From assembly GCA_041744215.1 (NCBI GenBank), contig JBGTLG010000033.1, forward strand, positions 1 to 64,000: a stretch of 64,000 nucleotides of DNA. The letters run 5' to 3'. The position numbers and the translations under genes were made by a program. The notes beneath the pieces were generated by a model. That model ran no database searches. It had not been told where the DNA came from and was given only the letters and a program-made list of their open reading frames with translations. Of this stretch, positions 8,494-19,154 are shown in pieces. Source of the stretch: Fimbriimonadales bacterium (lineage in GTDB: Bacteria > Armatimonadota > Fimbriimonadia > Fimbriimonadales > ATM1). Every line of letters begins with the position of its first letter. The first letter of the stretch is position 1.

Positions 8494-9609
8494 TCACTGT
8501 ATCGCAGCACTTCGGTAATCGTCGCCTGCGAACGAACCTTGAGGCATAACAACTTTTGCCAGCGGGTCGCGCGCTTCGACGATCGCAATGACGATCCTGA
8601 AGACACCTGCAGGCGGGTTCGGTGTGCCCGGTGACGATCCCCACGCGTCGCACACGGCGAGTGCGCGAAACTCTTGGATTGACTCTGCGTTGACAACGAT
8701 TCGCCCTTCGATCTTCCCGCGGATTCCGCGGTCGCCTTGGTCCGTTCTTGAATCGAATGTGCCTGAGAACTGGATGGTGTTAGCAGAAACTTTGTTCGAT
8801 TCGAATTGAAATTCGCGAACTTCTTCGCGCAGCCAATGTTCTGGCAATCCGCGGACATTGTCGACCATGTGATAACGGATGAGTCGGCCGATTACGCTAT
8901 CGGGAATTCGGCTGTTCTCGATGATCTCCTTTTGCTCGTCCGCGTAGATCCAGAAATGATCGCGGCCTGGTGCGCCATTGACAGCGGGCGAGCCCGCAGG
9001 AAGCGGTGTGATTCGTGAGTGTGACCGCGCAACGAAGACGTCGCTCGGTAGTTGACGAACCGGTGCGCCAGCTTCGATGACCGACTCAATCGGCGGCAAC
9101 TTCCGGTAACCGTCCAGCCCGCGCGCAAGGAAAGCGGCGAGATTCTCGGATGTGCGATTCGGGTCGAACGCATAGGCGGTGCCGTCGTAGGCACATATGT
9201 ACACCCCTGCTGATCCGAACCCTTGTATGAAACGCTGATTCAGGAGCTCTGCTACTTTGACGAACCACCGCGACGCGTCGGTGCGGCCGTGCTCCACTTG
9301 ATCCGTAACGATCAGCACGGGAATGAGCTCTCGCTCGAGTGCATCAAGGAGAACGGGATCTGACATGTTTGCTGTGCGTTCTTCGATGGCAGCATTGCAA
9401 TCGTCGCAGGATGGCTGGCCAGGGGTAACCCAAAGCAGCAATGGCTTCCCTTCCCGTTTCGCTTCGCTTCTCGCGGCAGATAAATCAAGTCGCCACTCGA
9501 CATCGGCCCACCGCATCTCCTGAGGAGTGGGCACGAGATCGCGCATTCGATCATCGAGCGTGTCAGCTGACAGCGCGGCTATTGCGAGGATAGAGAACGA
9601 GAGAATCAA
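8494..9609 (-). CDS. Secreted thioredoxin-like (CxxC) hypothetical protein
   Basis: Signal peptide; WRLDLSAARSEAKREGKPLLLWV...CDDC. Confidence 0.7.
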   Translation of the reverse strand: MILSFSILAIAALSADTLDDRMRDLVPTPQEMRWADVEWRLDLSAARSEAKREGKPLLLWVTPGQPSCDDCNAAIEERTANMSDPVLLDALERELIPVLIVTDQVEHGRTDASRWFVKVAELLNQRFIQGFGSAGVYICAYDGTAYAFDPNRTSENLAAFLARGLDGYRKLPPIESVIEAGAPVRQLPSDVFVARSHSRITPLPAGSPAVNGAPGRDHFWIYADEQKEIIENSRIPDSVIGRLIRYHMVDNVRGLPEHWLREEVREFQFESNKVSANTIQFSGTFDSRTDQGDRGIRGKIEGRIVVNAESIQEFRALAVCDAWGSSPGTPNPPAGVFRIVIAIVEARDPLAKVVMPQGSFAGDDYRSAAIQ

Positions 9610-9656
9610 GCGCGTATTCTATCGACGATACGTGAGCGTCTCAAAGTTCCAGTGCT

Positions 9657-11627
9657 TTACTCCATGACGAGCTTGCACGCTGAGACGACGCGTTCTGTAT
9701 CTGGCAGCGCGGCGTATTCATAGATCGGATTGAAACCGATGTGGACGTCGCCCTTAGACACCAGCTGCGGGGGCGAGATGAACGAACCCCAAGAATCTGG
9801 ATCGGACGTTAGCGATTGGATGATCATCTGCCCCACGCTGCAGGTGACTGTGTCTTCCTGGACGACGACAAGTCTGCCGGTCTTTTCGATCGATTTCGCG
9901 ACTGTCTCGCGATCCCAAGGCACAATCGAGCGCAAGTCGATGACCTCGCACGACACTTCACCGTCAAGCTGGTCCGCCGCCTCTGATGCTTGCTCGGTAC
10001 AGTTGCCCCACGCGACGATGGTGAGATCGGTTCCTTCTCGCATGACGTGCGCTTCGGCGAAACCGATCGCAGGGATCTCTTCCGGCACATCCATGTTCAT
10101 TCTGAAAAGGTGTTTTGGAATCAAAAACACGGTCGGGTCTTCGCTCTTTAGTGCAGTCCACATCATCGCGGCCGCGTCTTGCGGGTTGCTTGGGATCATG
10201 ACCCTAATGCCCGGGAAATGGGCGATGGCGGCCTCGTTCGCCTGACTGTGCCAGAGCGAACCGCCGGGAAGGTATGCGCCATAGGGCGCATAGATCAAAG
10301 CAGGACAAGGCCATTCGCCGAAAGTTCTCCAGCGAATCGTCGCAATATTGTTCACGAGTTGACTCCATCCTGGTCCGACAAAGTCGATGAACTGCAACTC
10401 GAAAACTGGGCGCATTCCATAGCAAGCCAATCCGCACGCAACGCCGACAATCGTAGCTTCTGCGAGGGGCGAGTTGAAAACGCGATCCGGAAACGCAGTT
10501 GAGAGTCCGTCAGTCAGTTTGAACACGCCGCCCTTCGGGTCTTCAATGTCTTCACCAAAGAAGACAATTCGCTTGTCTCGATCCAGCGCCACTTTGAAAA
10601 CATGATTCAGCGCGTCGACCATGCGCCATTTTCTGCCGCCATCGATGGGTGGCGGCTCCGGTGTCGGAAGATCGCCATACATTTCCTTAAACAACTCGTC
10701 TGGGCGTGGATCGGGCGAGTTTTCCGCCTCGATGTAGTCCTTATCGACGAGTTCCTTTATCTCGTCTTGAACCGCTCCCCACTCTTTCTCTGTCAGTTCC
10801 CCAGCTTTGATTAGCTCTTGCGCAACCACGACGATGGGGTCGCGCTTCATCATCGCGTCGATATCATCTTGCGTTCGATACACTCTATGATCATCGCTGC
10901 TTGTGTGACTGCTCAGACGGTCGAGTTCACACCACAGGATTGTCGGCCCACCACCGGTTCGCGCTTTCGCAACCGCGTCGCCTGCAGCGGAAAAGACCTT
11001 GTCTGGGTGGCGCGCATCGACCCGAACGAGGTCTTGCGATCCGAGCGCGCCGAGTTCGTAAGGGTTGAACTTTTCTGTCGGCGTGCTGATTCCGAACTTG
11101 TTATCTTCCATCACGAAGATGCACGGGAGTCTCTCTTGCATCGCAAAGGCGATCGCTTCGTACACTTCCCCTTGTCTGCTCGCTGCATCTCCAAAGGTAG
11201 CTACAGAGACGCTATCCTTTCCTTCGAGTTGCATGCCCCACGCAGCACCGACTGCTGGCAACAGGTTTCCGGCTGTTGGAGTTGGCACGCTCCATACATT
11301 CTTTTCGCGGTTGGAGTAGTGGCCTGGCATCTGCCGACCGCCGCTGCTGCTGTTTCGCTTTGCGAAGTAAGCGTAGGCTAGCTCCAGATTCGTCATGCCC
11401 TTTTGGAGCATCAGCGCCCGATCTCTATAGTACGGGAAGATGTAATCGTCGTCGCGCAGGTGCAGGACGAGCGCTGCGAGCGCTTCGTGGCCCATGCCCG
11501 AAACCTGGAACCATCCCTTTGACTGTCGCAAGAGGACGCCTTCTCGGCGGTCACCCTCGCGGCTGAGGAACATCAGCTTTAGGAATTCGAGCTTATTGTA
11601 GGTCTTGTCGGCACGAAGTGTCGCCAT
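9657..11627 (-). CDS. 2-oxoacid (probably branched-chain) dehydrogenase E1, fused alpha+beta
   Basis: GHEA, FGDAAS...DNKFGIS TPP-binding motif, HTSSDD, FNSPLAE, HSQ, VIDLRS. Confidence 0.95.
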   Translation of the reverse strand: MATLRADKTYNKLEFLKLMFLSREGDRREGVLLRQSKGWFQVSGMGHEALAALVLHLRDDDYIFPYYRDRALMLQKGMTNLELAYAYFAKRNSSSGGRQMPGHYSNREKNVWSVPTPTAGNLLPAVGAAWGMQLEGKDSVSVATFGDAASRQGEVYEAIAFAMQERLPCIFVMEDNKFGISTPTEKFNPYELGALGSQDLVRVDARHPDKVFSAAGDAVAKARTGGGPTILWCELDRLSSHTSSDDHRVYRTQDDIDAMMKRDPIVVVAQELIKAGELTEKEWGAVQDEIKELVDKDYIEAENSPDPRPDELFKEMYGDLPTPEPPPIDGGRKWRMVDALNHVFKVALDRDKRIVFFGEDIEDPKGGVFKLTDGLSTAFPDRVFNSPLAEATIVGVACGLACYGMRPVFELQFIDFVGPGWSQLVNNIATIRWRTFGEWPCPALIYAPYGAYLPGGSLWHSQANEAAIAHFPGIRVMIPSNPQDAAAMMWTALKSEDPTVFLIPKHLFRMNMDVPEEIPAIGFAEAHVMREGTDLTIVAWGNCTEQASEAADQLDGEVSCEVIDLRSIVPWDRETVAKSIEKTGRLVVVQEDTVTCSVGQMIIQSLTSDPDSWGSFISPPQLVSKGDVHIGFNPIYEYAALPDTERVVSACKLVME

Positions 11628-11722
11628 AGGAGAATTGAACCTCGCCATTGAAGTTCGGGCGGCTTGCCCGGAGCGGCGGGATGATACCCCTACCCCCAAC
11701 GGCGACGGCTGGAGTTCGGAGC

Positions 11723-12397
11723 CTACGGCCTGCTGGCGATGAACTCTTTCCAGAGGTCTTCGACCTGTTTCCCGGTCAGTTTGGCGAAGACTGGCATTGG
11801 ATCTTCCGCTTTTCTGAGCGCAAGATCAAGCGCGGGGACTAGCCTCATGTCGTAGCGCCTCGAGACCCACGCGAGAAAGTACGCGGTGGTTCGATAGGAG
11901 TCTGTGTGCTTCGCTTTCTCGTAGACGATTCGCGGGCGCGGAGCTTCGGGCTCGTATCGCCACCACCTTATGTAATCGGCTATTCCTTCGACCAGCCAAC
12001 CAGGTTTATTGGCGTTGCGCGGATATTGCTGTACAACATGAACTAGCTCATGGATCACCATGCCAAGATCGTCTGGTCGATCGGTAATCCACTTACCGTT
12101 AATCGTGATCGTGCTACCCGACGCAAACGCTGGAGCGTTGGCCGTTGGTAGTATGCGGATTCGAATCTGCTCAGGCACCTTGTAGTCCTGGGTTGAAAGC
12201 ATCGACGTCACGATCGGGAACCATTTTTCGACGAGGGCTTTTGCCGCTTCGCCCCATGCTTTCGATTCTGGGAACTCGGCTACGTCGAGCACGACCGGCG
12301 GGGTCTCGAGTTGTCTTGCGAGCGGATAGATGTGCCGATCGAGGTCGGATGTCGTGCCCACGATGGGGAGCAGGGCGACGGCGATCAGGACGTTCAT
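11723..12397 (-). CDS. Basic secretory protein (BSP) family metallopeptidase
   Basis: HELVHVVQ, PGWLVEGIADYIR; signal peptide. Confidence 0.9.
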   Translation of the reverse strand: MNVLIAVALLPIVGTTSDLDRHIYPLARQLETPPVVLDVAEFPESKAWGEAAKALVEKWFPIVTSMLSTQDYKVPEQIRIRILPTANAPAFASGSTITINGKWITDRPDDLGMVIHELVHVVQQYPRNANKPGWLVEGIADYIRWWRYEPEAPRPRIVYEKAKHTDSYRTTAYFLAWVSRRYDMRLVPALDLALRKAEDPMPVFAKLTGKQVEDLWKEFIASRP

Positions 12398-12440
12398 ACC
12401 GAAAGTGTATCTTGATTTCGGTTGGCGGATCCGGCTTGCG

Positions 12441-12995
12441 TCATTCTTCGATCTTTTCTTTTATGAAGTAATCGATCGCTCGTTCGAGCTCTGCGTTCGC
12501 AAGATCAACGACGCGAACGATTCCTTTGCGATCGATGACAACGTAGTCAGGATAGGAATCACATTCGAACGCTTTCATCAGGTTTCGCTCTGGGTCGTGC
12601 GCGATGATGTACGTCAGTTCGTTCGCCTTGACGGATTCGGCCATCTTGTCGCCGTCTGGATCGCTGTGCACTCCGATTAGTACCAGGCCCTGATCCTTAT
12701 AGCGGTTGTGCAACTCGTTTAGCTTTGGCATGGCCGCCTTGCAGGGGCCGCACCAATGCGCCCAGAAGTCGAGGACCACAACCTTGCCCTTGAGGGTTTC
12801 CCAAGTTGGCGGCTCTGGGCCGTCGTAGTTTTTCCAAGTCGTGATTGTCTTCTCGAGTTGCGCTGGCGGAGGCTTTCCTTCGAGTGCGTCTTTCGCGGCG
12901 GCGTTGTCGTCGCTACGTTCCCTGCGGAAGTCGTCGGGCGCCTGGAACGCCATGCAGACGATGGCGGCACCGATGAGCAACATACGCGTCTTCAT
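12441..12995 (-). CDS. TlpA family disulfide reductase
   Basis: KGKVVVLDFWAHWCGPC; IDRKG. Confidence 0.92.
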   Translation of the reverse strand: MKTRMLLIGAAIVCMAFQAPDDFRRERSDDNAAAKDALEGKPPPAQLEKTITTWKNYDGPEPPTWETLKGKVVVLDFWAHWCGPCKAAMPKLNELHNRYKDQGLVLIGVHSDPDGDKMAESVKANELTYIIAHDPERNLMKAFECDSYPDYVVIDRKGIVRVVDLANAELERAIDYFIKEKIEE

Positions 12996-13094
12996 AGTGA
13001 GTCGAGTATGGCAGATCACCGAGACGGTTGCAACTTTGGGCGGATGGTTTCGTTCGGAATCTTGAGCACTTCGGCATCGCTTTGGATCACGAAG

Positions 13095-14096
13095 CTAGTA
13101 TCCGCGTGACACGTCGACCCGGTTCGGGGGCTGTACCCCGCTCGCCATGTCGTTGAGAATTGTTGCCAGGTGCTGCGCGCGAGAAACTTCGGTGTCAGCG
13201 GACGCGCCGCCCCGGTGTGGACTCATTACCATGTTGTCAAGCTCCCAAAACGGCAAGTTTGAAGGTTTCGTTTCTTTCGCAGATTCCGGCATCGCAGCGC
13301 TGCGGAGCGCGTCATCTGTACGCGGATACTGATACCAAACATCGAGTCCAGCTGAGTGCAAGTGGTTTGACTTCAGCGCGTCGTAGAGCGCTTGTTCATC
13401 GACAACTTGAGCGCGCGCAACGTTTACGAGGATCGCATTTGCCGGGAGCATAGCAAGTTCCCTTTTTCCGATCATGCCTTCCGTTTCTGGAGTTTGCGGC
13501 ACGGCAAGGATGAGCACATTTGCAGATGGGAGAAGTTTGCGGAGGTCTCCCGCTGGGTGGACCTTGGTCGCATCGACGGTTTCGGCTTGGCGCAACGTTT
13601 TTCGCGTCGCGATGACTTTCATTCCGACGCCGAGAAGCACTCGTGCGACCTTCTCTCCGATTGCACCAAATCCGACGATCAACGTGGTTTTGCCTTCGAG
13701 GCGAATCGTTCGCTCAGGCTCATAGCGTATCGACCAGTCGCCAGTACGCAGCATGCGGTCTGCGATCACGGTTCGCTTCGCGCACGCGAGCAGAAGAGCG
13801 AGCGCGGTCTCGGCCGTTTCGGTCGCGTTGTGGTGGAGGTTGTAGAGCGCGATTTCGGGATGGGCAGCCATGACCGTGCGCGTGATCAGCGGGACACCAG
13901 CGAAGGGCACAATCACGGAGTTGAGGCTCGGGCACGACTCAAGTTTTTGTTCTGTAGGTCGCCCGTCTATCAGAACTGTGCAATTTAGCGGTGGCTGTTC
14001 GTCCGTGAAGACTTGGACGTTAGCAGCAACGCGCGCGCGCAGATCCGAGATGATCGAGTCACCGAACGCTGACGGGTACCACGCGATAACGCGCAC
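13095..14096 (-). CDS. D-isomer-specific 2-hydroxyacid dehydrogenase
   Basis: GFGAIG, VNVARAQVVDE, GLDVW, SPH. Confidence 0.93.
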   Translation of the reverse strand: MRVIAWYPSAFGDSIISDLRARVAANVQVFTDEQPPLNCTVLIDGRPTEQKLESCPSLNSVIVPFAGVPLITRTVMAAHPEIALYNLHHNATETAETALALLLACAKRTVIADRMLRTGDWSIRYEPERTIRLEGKTTLIVGFGAIGEKVARVLLGVGMKVIATRKTLRQAETVDATKVHPAGDLRKLLPSANVLILAVPQTPETEGMIGKRELAMLPANAILVNVARAQVVDEQALYDALKSNHLHSAGLDVWYQYPRTDDALRSAAMPESAKETKPSNLPFWELDNMVMSPHRGGASADTEVSRAQHLATILNDMASGVQPPNRVDVSRGY

Positions 14097-14097
14097 T

Positions 14098-14376
14098 TCA
14101 GTTGTAAGTGTCGTAGACTTTCGCCGATGCGACGTCCTTTTCGGAGATCCCTCCTTCAGAGTGTGTTGAGAGAGAGACTTTGACTTTTCGCCAAGTGATC
14201 AGGAGATCGGGGTGGTGATCTGCGGTTTCTGCGTATGTTGCACACTGGCGAGCGAAGTCGACGCCGTCCATGTAGGACTCGAATTCGAAAGTCTTGGTCA
14301 ACTGGCTTTGCTCAACTGACCAGTCTGGAAGGTCTTTTAGGGCTGCGGCGAGTTCTGTATCGGAAAGTTTCGGCAT
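14098..14376 (-). CDS. phhB: Pterin-4-alpha-carbinolamine dehydratase
   Basis: AETADHHPD, LSTHSEGGI. Confidence 0.92.
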   Translation of the reverse strand: MPKLSDTELAAALKDLPDWSVEQSQLTKTFEFESYMDGVDFARQCATYAETADHHPDLLITWRKVKVSLSTHSEGGISEKDVASAKVYDTYN

Positions 14377-14406
14377 GGCGAAGTCATACCCCGCCATGCC
14401 AAGGAA

Positions 14407-14658
14407 TTACGCGGTGACGCCTGTTCGGATGCGATCGCTGAAGCCATGGACGCCGGCGGCTTCTGCGCAGTGTGAGCAGCAGAAGATCTGGTCGGGGGTC
14501 TCCATGCCGTGTCCGACTATTTTTGTTCCGCAGTGGGCGCAAGTCGGCGCAAGCATAGTGATTGCGCACTCAAATGAGTCGAATGTGTATGTCTTTCCTT
14601 CGGAAACAACCACGAAAGATTTGTCATAGTCGTTGCCGCACTGATTACATCGTGCCAT
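14407..14658 (-). CDS. Cys-rich prokaryotic metallothionein-like protein
   Basis: CNQCGNDYDK...FDSFECAI...CAHCG...FCCSHCA. Confidence 0.85.
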   Translation of the reverse strand: MARCNQCGNDYDKSFVVVSEGKTYTFDSFECAITMLAPTCAHCGTKIVGHGMETPDQIFCCSHCAEAAGVHGFSDRIRTGVTA

Positions 14659-14679
14659 TCCTATTCTCCTGATGTTGTT

Positions 14680-14883
14680 TTAGTCGTCGAGAACGAAGGT
14701 GACAAGCATGTTCACCACATATCTCGTAATCTTGTCGCCTTCGACATCAAGGCGTTGTTCCTTGACCCAGGCGCCTTTGACGTGTCGAAGCGTTTTGGTT
14801 GCGCGGGCAATACCCTGCTCAATCGCGTCGTCGAAGCTCTTCTCTGAGGTTGAGCTGATTTCAGTAACTCTTGCTACAGACAT
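14680..14883 (-). CDS. Dodecin (flavin-binding) family
   Basis: SEKSFDDAI...ATKTLR...AWVKE...VTFVL; SD upstream. Confidence 0.9.
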   Translation of the reverse strand: MSVARVTEISSTSEKSFDDAIEQGIARATKTLRHVKGAWVKEQRLDVEGDKITRYVVNMLVTFVLDD

Positions 14884-14964
14884 ATATCTCTCCTTTACAC
14901 CACTATGACGCCAAATCGGGGGTCGGCATTGCGGGCGAGGCACCCCGAGGGTAGTATCCCATGC

Positions 14965-16380
14965 ATGTCCACCCCCAAACCTGAGGCTGTCCTGCTCGCG
15001 CAGAAGTGGTTGGAAGACCGCGAGAACGACTTGGTTGAGGATACGCGGGCGATGTTAAGAATCGGGAGCGTAGAGGGGCCGGCCGAGCCGGGGGCGCCAT
15101 TTGGCAGGGAGTGCAGGCAAGCGCTCGACCTTGCGCTTGCGATGGGTGAGCGTTGGGGGATGCGAACGAGGGACGTAGACGGCTATGCAGGGCACTGCGA
15201 GTTCGGCGAGGGAGACCGGATGGTGATGGCACTCGGGCATTTGGATGTCGTTCCCGTCGGGGACGGGTGGGAGCACGACCCTTTTGGCGCGGAAATCGAC
15301 GGAGAGTATCTATATTCGCGGGGGGCGACGGACGACAAGGGTCCGACAATGGCTGCGTTTTACGCCTTGCGCGCGCTCAAGGAGACTGGCGCAGATTTGC
15401 CGTCGAGGATGCGCATCGTTTTTGGGTGCGACGAGGAGAGCGGCTTTGAATGCGTCGCGCATTATTTCAAGCACGAGGAGGCTCCGACTTTCGGGGTCGC
15501 GCCAGATTCCGGCTGGCCGTGCTTTCATGGCGAAAAGGGGATCGCCACGTTCAAGACGAGAATTCCGGCGCCATCTGGCGCAATCGAGTTTCTGGATTTG
15601 GAGGCAGGTACGCGTCCGAACATCGTCCCTGCATACGCCAAAGCTTATGTGCGGATCTCGCCCGAGTACGTCGAAGAGTTTGCGGCGAAACTGAACACGC
15701 TTTGGGATAGGAATGTCACTCACAACCGGGTCGAGAATGAATTCGTTCTTGAGGCTATCGGTCGCGCAGCGCATGGCGCAATGCCGTTTTTAGGAGACAA
15801 CGCGTTGACTCGCGTGCTACGTGCGCTCATGGATTGTGCGCCGGTTGAGATGAAGGAATCGTTTTGGAAACTTGTCGAAATGGGACACCCCAGCGGAGTC
15901 GGGTTTGGGATTCACGGGCGCGATGACGGTACGGGTGATTTGACTTCTAACCTCGCTATCGCAGAGCTGCGCGGTCATTCGATCGTGTTCACTACGAACG
16001 TTCGTTATCCGGTTTCTTGGGAAGGCGACGTGTTGCGTGAGAAGATCGTGAATTTCTTGGAGAAGGAGTGGCCAGGAGCAGAGGTGGTCGAATTCGATGA
16101 CAGTAAGGGACTGTTCTTCCCTCTCGACAAGGAGCCTATCGTTTCGATTGTTGATGCTTATCGGATCGAGACAGGCGAGATGACTGAGCCGGGCGTGATG
16201 GGCGGTGGCACGTATGCGCGGGCCGTGCCGAACACCGTGAGCATCGGTACTGGTTGGGATGGAGACGGCCCTGCCCACGAGCATGACGAACGAATCAAAG
16301 TCGCTCATTTGCTGAAAATGGCGAAGATTTACGCACACATCCTGTATCGGCTTTCCCACGCTGCAGCTCAGAGCGGTTAG
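14965..16380 (+). CDS. pepV: M20 family dipeptidase (PepV/Sapep)
   Basis: GHLDVVP, RGATDDKGP, DEES, GEKG, GGGTYAR, HEHDE. Confidence 0.9.
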   Translation: MSTPKPEAVLLAQKWLEDRENDLVEDTRAMLRIGSVEGPAEPGAPFGRECRQALDLALAMGERWGMRTRDVDGYAGHCEFGEGDRMVMALGHLDVVPVGDGWEHDPFGAEIDGEYLYSRGATDDKGPTMAAFYALRALKETGADLPSRMRIVFGCDEESGFECVAHYFKHEEAPTFGVAPDSGWPCFHGEKGIATFKTRIPAPSGAIEFLDLEAGTRPNIVPAYAKAYVRISPEYVEEFAAKLNTLWDRNVTHNRVENEFVLEAIGRAAHGAMPFLGDNALTRVLRALMDCAPVEMKESFWKLVEMGHPSGVGFGIHGRDDGTGDLTSNLAIAELRGHSIVFTTNVRYPVSWEGDVLREKIVNFLEKEWPGAEVVEFDDSKGLFFPLDKEPIVSIVDAYRIETGEMTEPGVMGGGTYARAVPNTVSIGTGWDGDGPAHEHDERIKVAHLLKMAKIYAHILYRLSHAAAQSG

Positions 16381-16421
16381 TCCGGTCCTTCGTTAGGCGA
16401 CAGGAGGTTTGGTGGGTGCGG

Positions 16422-17147
16422 CTATCGGACGAGCCAGTATCCCGCGCCCGCGGCGAGCGCGGTCGAAACGAAGTTTACGGTGTCGTTTGTCATCAACCTC
16501 CACCCAAACACTTTCACTCCGGGCGGACTTTCGGCGATTGAACCGTCCGTGCGGCGATACCGTGCTTGAACGCTGTCGCCGAGAATACTGTCAAGGAGAC
16601 ACCCAAAGAAACCAATCACACTGATCGCTCCGATCCACTTTGTCAGGCCGAGGAGCGGTGCTGTCGCTGCGACGACAGCTGAACCAATGAAGGCCGCAAA
16701 GAGGCCGGCGATCGTCACCACTCCGCTTTCGCCGGGCACAGCAGGCGAAAGAGACAGGATGCGCACAGGTTTGAGGCCGAGCCTCGACCCGATCTCTGTC
16801 GCCCACGTGTCCGCATTTGCTGCCGCGAGCGATGCTATGAGCGCGCCCTTCAGAGCCTCGTCTTGGGAATAGAGGTACAGCCCTGCGCAGGCTGCAGCGG
16901 GCCCTCCATTTGCCAGGACCTGAATCGCCCTGCGAGGGACCGCTTCAAGATCAGGGCGGTCCTCAGGGCGTCGTCGCAGGCGGCTGAGAACTGAGGAGGT
17001 CACAAAGAATGCCAGCAGCGGGGCGGCCCACGGCCACTCGCCAGCCTCCCAGATCACTCCTCCTACGACTGCGGCGGCGATCGCGCCGTCCCAGGACAGG
17101 GCGCGAAGCAGGAAGCAGATCGCAGCGACGGCCGCAGCGTAGATCAC
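16422..17147 (-). CDS. DUF92 (TMEM19-like) membrane protein
   Basis: QVLANG, ADTWATEIG, PGESGVVT, DSILG, NDTVN. Confidence 0.93.
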   Translation of the reverse strand: MIYAAAVAAICFLLRALSWDGAIAAAVVGGVIWEAGEWPWAAPLLAFFVTSSVLSRLRRRPEDRPDLEAVPRRAIQVLANGGPAAACAGLYLYSQDEALKGALIASLAAANADTWATEIGSRLGLKPVRILSLSPAVPGESGVVTIAGLFAAFIGSAVVAATAPLLGLTKWIGAISVIGFFGCLLDSILGDSVQARYRRTDGSIAESPPGVKVFGWRLMTNDTVNFVSTALAAGAGYWLVR

Positions 17148-17243
17148 TGGCCGAGTTTACGCCTGAAACCCGCTGTCTGAATTCGAGGTATCTCGTGATG
17201 TGGGAGGAATCGGCCTTCCGAATCACGAAATGACTGATAGCTA

Positions 17244-17831
17244 ATGCTCACCGCATACATCGTAACCGCCATCCTCGGGGGAGTCCTGATCGTGGTTTCG
17301 TTGTTTGGCGGCGACCACGATCATTCCGTGGAGTTAGACGGAGATCTTGGTGTCGAAGCGGGGATCGACGTCGCAGGAGGCCATAGCATCGACACTGACT
17401 TCGACGTTTGGCTGCCATTCTTCAGCCTGCGTTTTTGGACGTATCTCTGCCTGGCATTTGGCGCAACTGGGCTCTTGTTCACGTTGTTGACTGATATGCA
17501 CGCAGTGCCCGTCGCGGTCGTTGCGAGCAGTGTCGGGTTGCTGATGGGTTTCGGCGTTAGTGTCGCGCTTCGCTGGCTTCAAAAGAGCCAAACGAGCAGC
17601 GCGGTTTCTGAGCGCGAACTCTTAGGAGTAGAGGCAAGGGTACTCGTGCCCCTGAAGACAGGGTCTTCTGGGAAGATTCGTGCAACACTCAAAGGCGAGA
17701 TGATTGATTTGCTCGCCATAACCGACGAAGGTCAAGAGATTGCAGCGGGCGAACAAGTGATGATCGTAGATGTAGAAAACGACCGAGCCCGAGTCGTTCG
17801 ACGATCAGCGTTTTTTGGAGACGATACATAG
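17244..17831 (+). CDS. NfeD-like membrane protein (C-terminal OB fold)
   Basis: TM helices plus OB-fold tail; precedes SPFH genes. Confidence 0.85.
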   Translation: MLTAYIVTAILGGVLIVVSLFGGDHDHSVELDGDLGVEAGIDVAGGHSIDTDFDVWLPFFSLRFWTYLCLAFGATGLLFTLLTDMHAVPVAVVASSVGLLMGFGVSVALRWLQKSQTSSAVSERELLGVEARVLVPLKTGSSGKIRATLKGEMIDLLAITDEGQEIAAGEQVMIVDVENDRARVVRRSAFFGDDT

Positions 17832-17840
17832 GAGAAAAAG

Positions 17841-19151
17841 ATGCCAGAGGGATTCTCGGAACTTAGCGGCCTAGTAGGCCATATCGTTTGGGCGAGTATC
17901 GGAGCGGTCGGCTTCCTTCTGCTTCTCGCGTTCATCAAGCGGTTTTTGCACGTTTGCCCGCCGAACCAAGTGTTGATTTTCTACGGCGGAGGCGGCGCGA
18001 CGCGCCTTCCGGATGGATCTTCGCGGGGCTATAGGGTCATTTTCGGAGGTCGGGGCTGGAAGCGACCGATCGTGGAGAACGTCGCACGGATGAGCCTCAC
18101 ACTCATGGAAGTGCCAATCGCCGTGCGAGGCGCATATTCGGCAGGCGGAATCGCGCTAAATGTCGATGCGATTGCCAACGTGAAGATTTCGAGTGATCCT
18201 GTTCTCATAGGAAACGCGATCGAAAGATTTCTTGGACGCGATCCTGAAGAGATTCGAAGAGTTGCGAAAGAAACTCTCGAAGGTCACTTGCGTGGAGTGC
18301 TCGCTAAACTAACTCCAGAAGAGGTCAATGAGGATCGGCTGAAGTTTGCTGGCGCGCTGTCGCATGAATCAGAAGAAGATTTGAGCAAGCTCGGCATTCA
18401 GGTAGACACACTCAAGATACTTCACGTGAGCGATGACGTTGCTTACCTGAACTCAATCGGCAGAAAGGCAATCGCCGCGGTTATTCGCGATGCGGAGATG
18501 GCCGAGAGCGACGCTCGGCGAGATGCAGAGCAAACAGAGGCAGAGAGCATCGGGCGCGCGCGGGTGACTGAAGCCAACGCGGAAGCCGCAATTGTTCAGA
18601 TGGAGAACGAGCTAAGGAAAATCAAGGCCGACCTAGAGGCGCATGTAAGGTCGGAGGAGGAGATTTCGCTTGCTGCGGCTCGCGAAGCCAGGGCGAAGGC
18701 GGAGCAGGAACTGCAACAGGTTCGCGCTCAGCTGGAAGGTATCCGGCTGCATACGGACGAAGTGTTGCCAGCCGAGGCGGAGCAGCAGGCAGCCATTTTC
18801 GAAGCTCGCGGGGATGCTGCGTCGATTCGCGAACGAGGTCAGGCGGTCGGCCATGCGCTTGAACTGCTTCAGCAAGCATGGAGCGACGCTGGCGACAATG
18901 CGCTCCGCATCTACTTGCTCGAAGATATTGAGAAAATCCTTGCGAGCGCATCGCAGGGCGTGAATAAAGTGAGGATTCGAAACCTGAAGATGATTGACAG
19001 CGGTAGCGGCGATACGTTATCGAACTATGTCTCCGCGTATCCCGCGATGCTCAGATCAGTATTCGACGCTGTTGCGTCGACGACAGGAATCGACATCCCG
19101 AAAGTCATCTCTGGGAATGATGAAAGCAACAGCGACGGACAGAGGAAGTAA
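17841..19151 (+). CDS. Flotillin/SPFH family protein 1
   Basis: AIERFLG, LEGHLRGVLAKLTPEEVNEDR; Ala/Glu coiled coil. Confidence 0.93.
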   Translation: MPEGFSELSGLVGHIVWASIGAVGFLLLLAFIKRFLHVCPPNQVLIFYGGGGATRLPDGSSRGYRVIFGGRGWKRPIVENVARMSLTLMEVPIAVRGAYSAGGIALNVDAIANVKISSDPVLIGNAIERFLGRDPEEIRRVAKETLEGHLRGVLAKLTPEEVNEDRLKFAGALSHESEEDLSKLGIQVDTLKILHVSDDVAYLNSIGRKAIAAVIRDAEMAESDARRDAEQTEAESIGRARVTEANAEAAIVQMENELRKIKADLEAHVRSEEEISLAAAREARAKAEQELQQVRAQLEGIRLHTDEVLPAEAEQQAAIFEARGDAASIRERGQAVGHALELLQQAWSDAGDNALRIYLLEDIEKILASASQGVNKVRIRNLKMIDSGSGDTLSNYVSAYPAMLRSVFDAVASTTGIDIPKVISGNDESNSDGQRK

Positions 19152-19154
19152 CCC

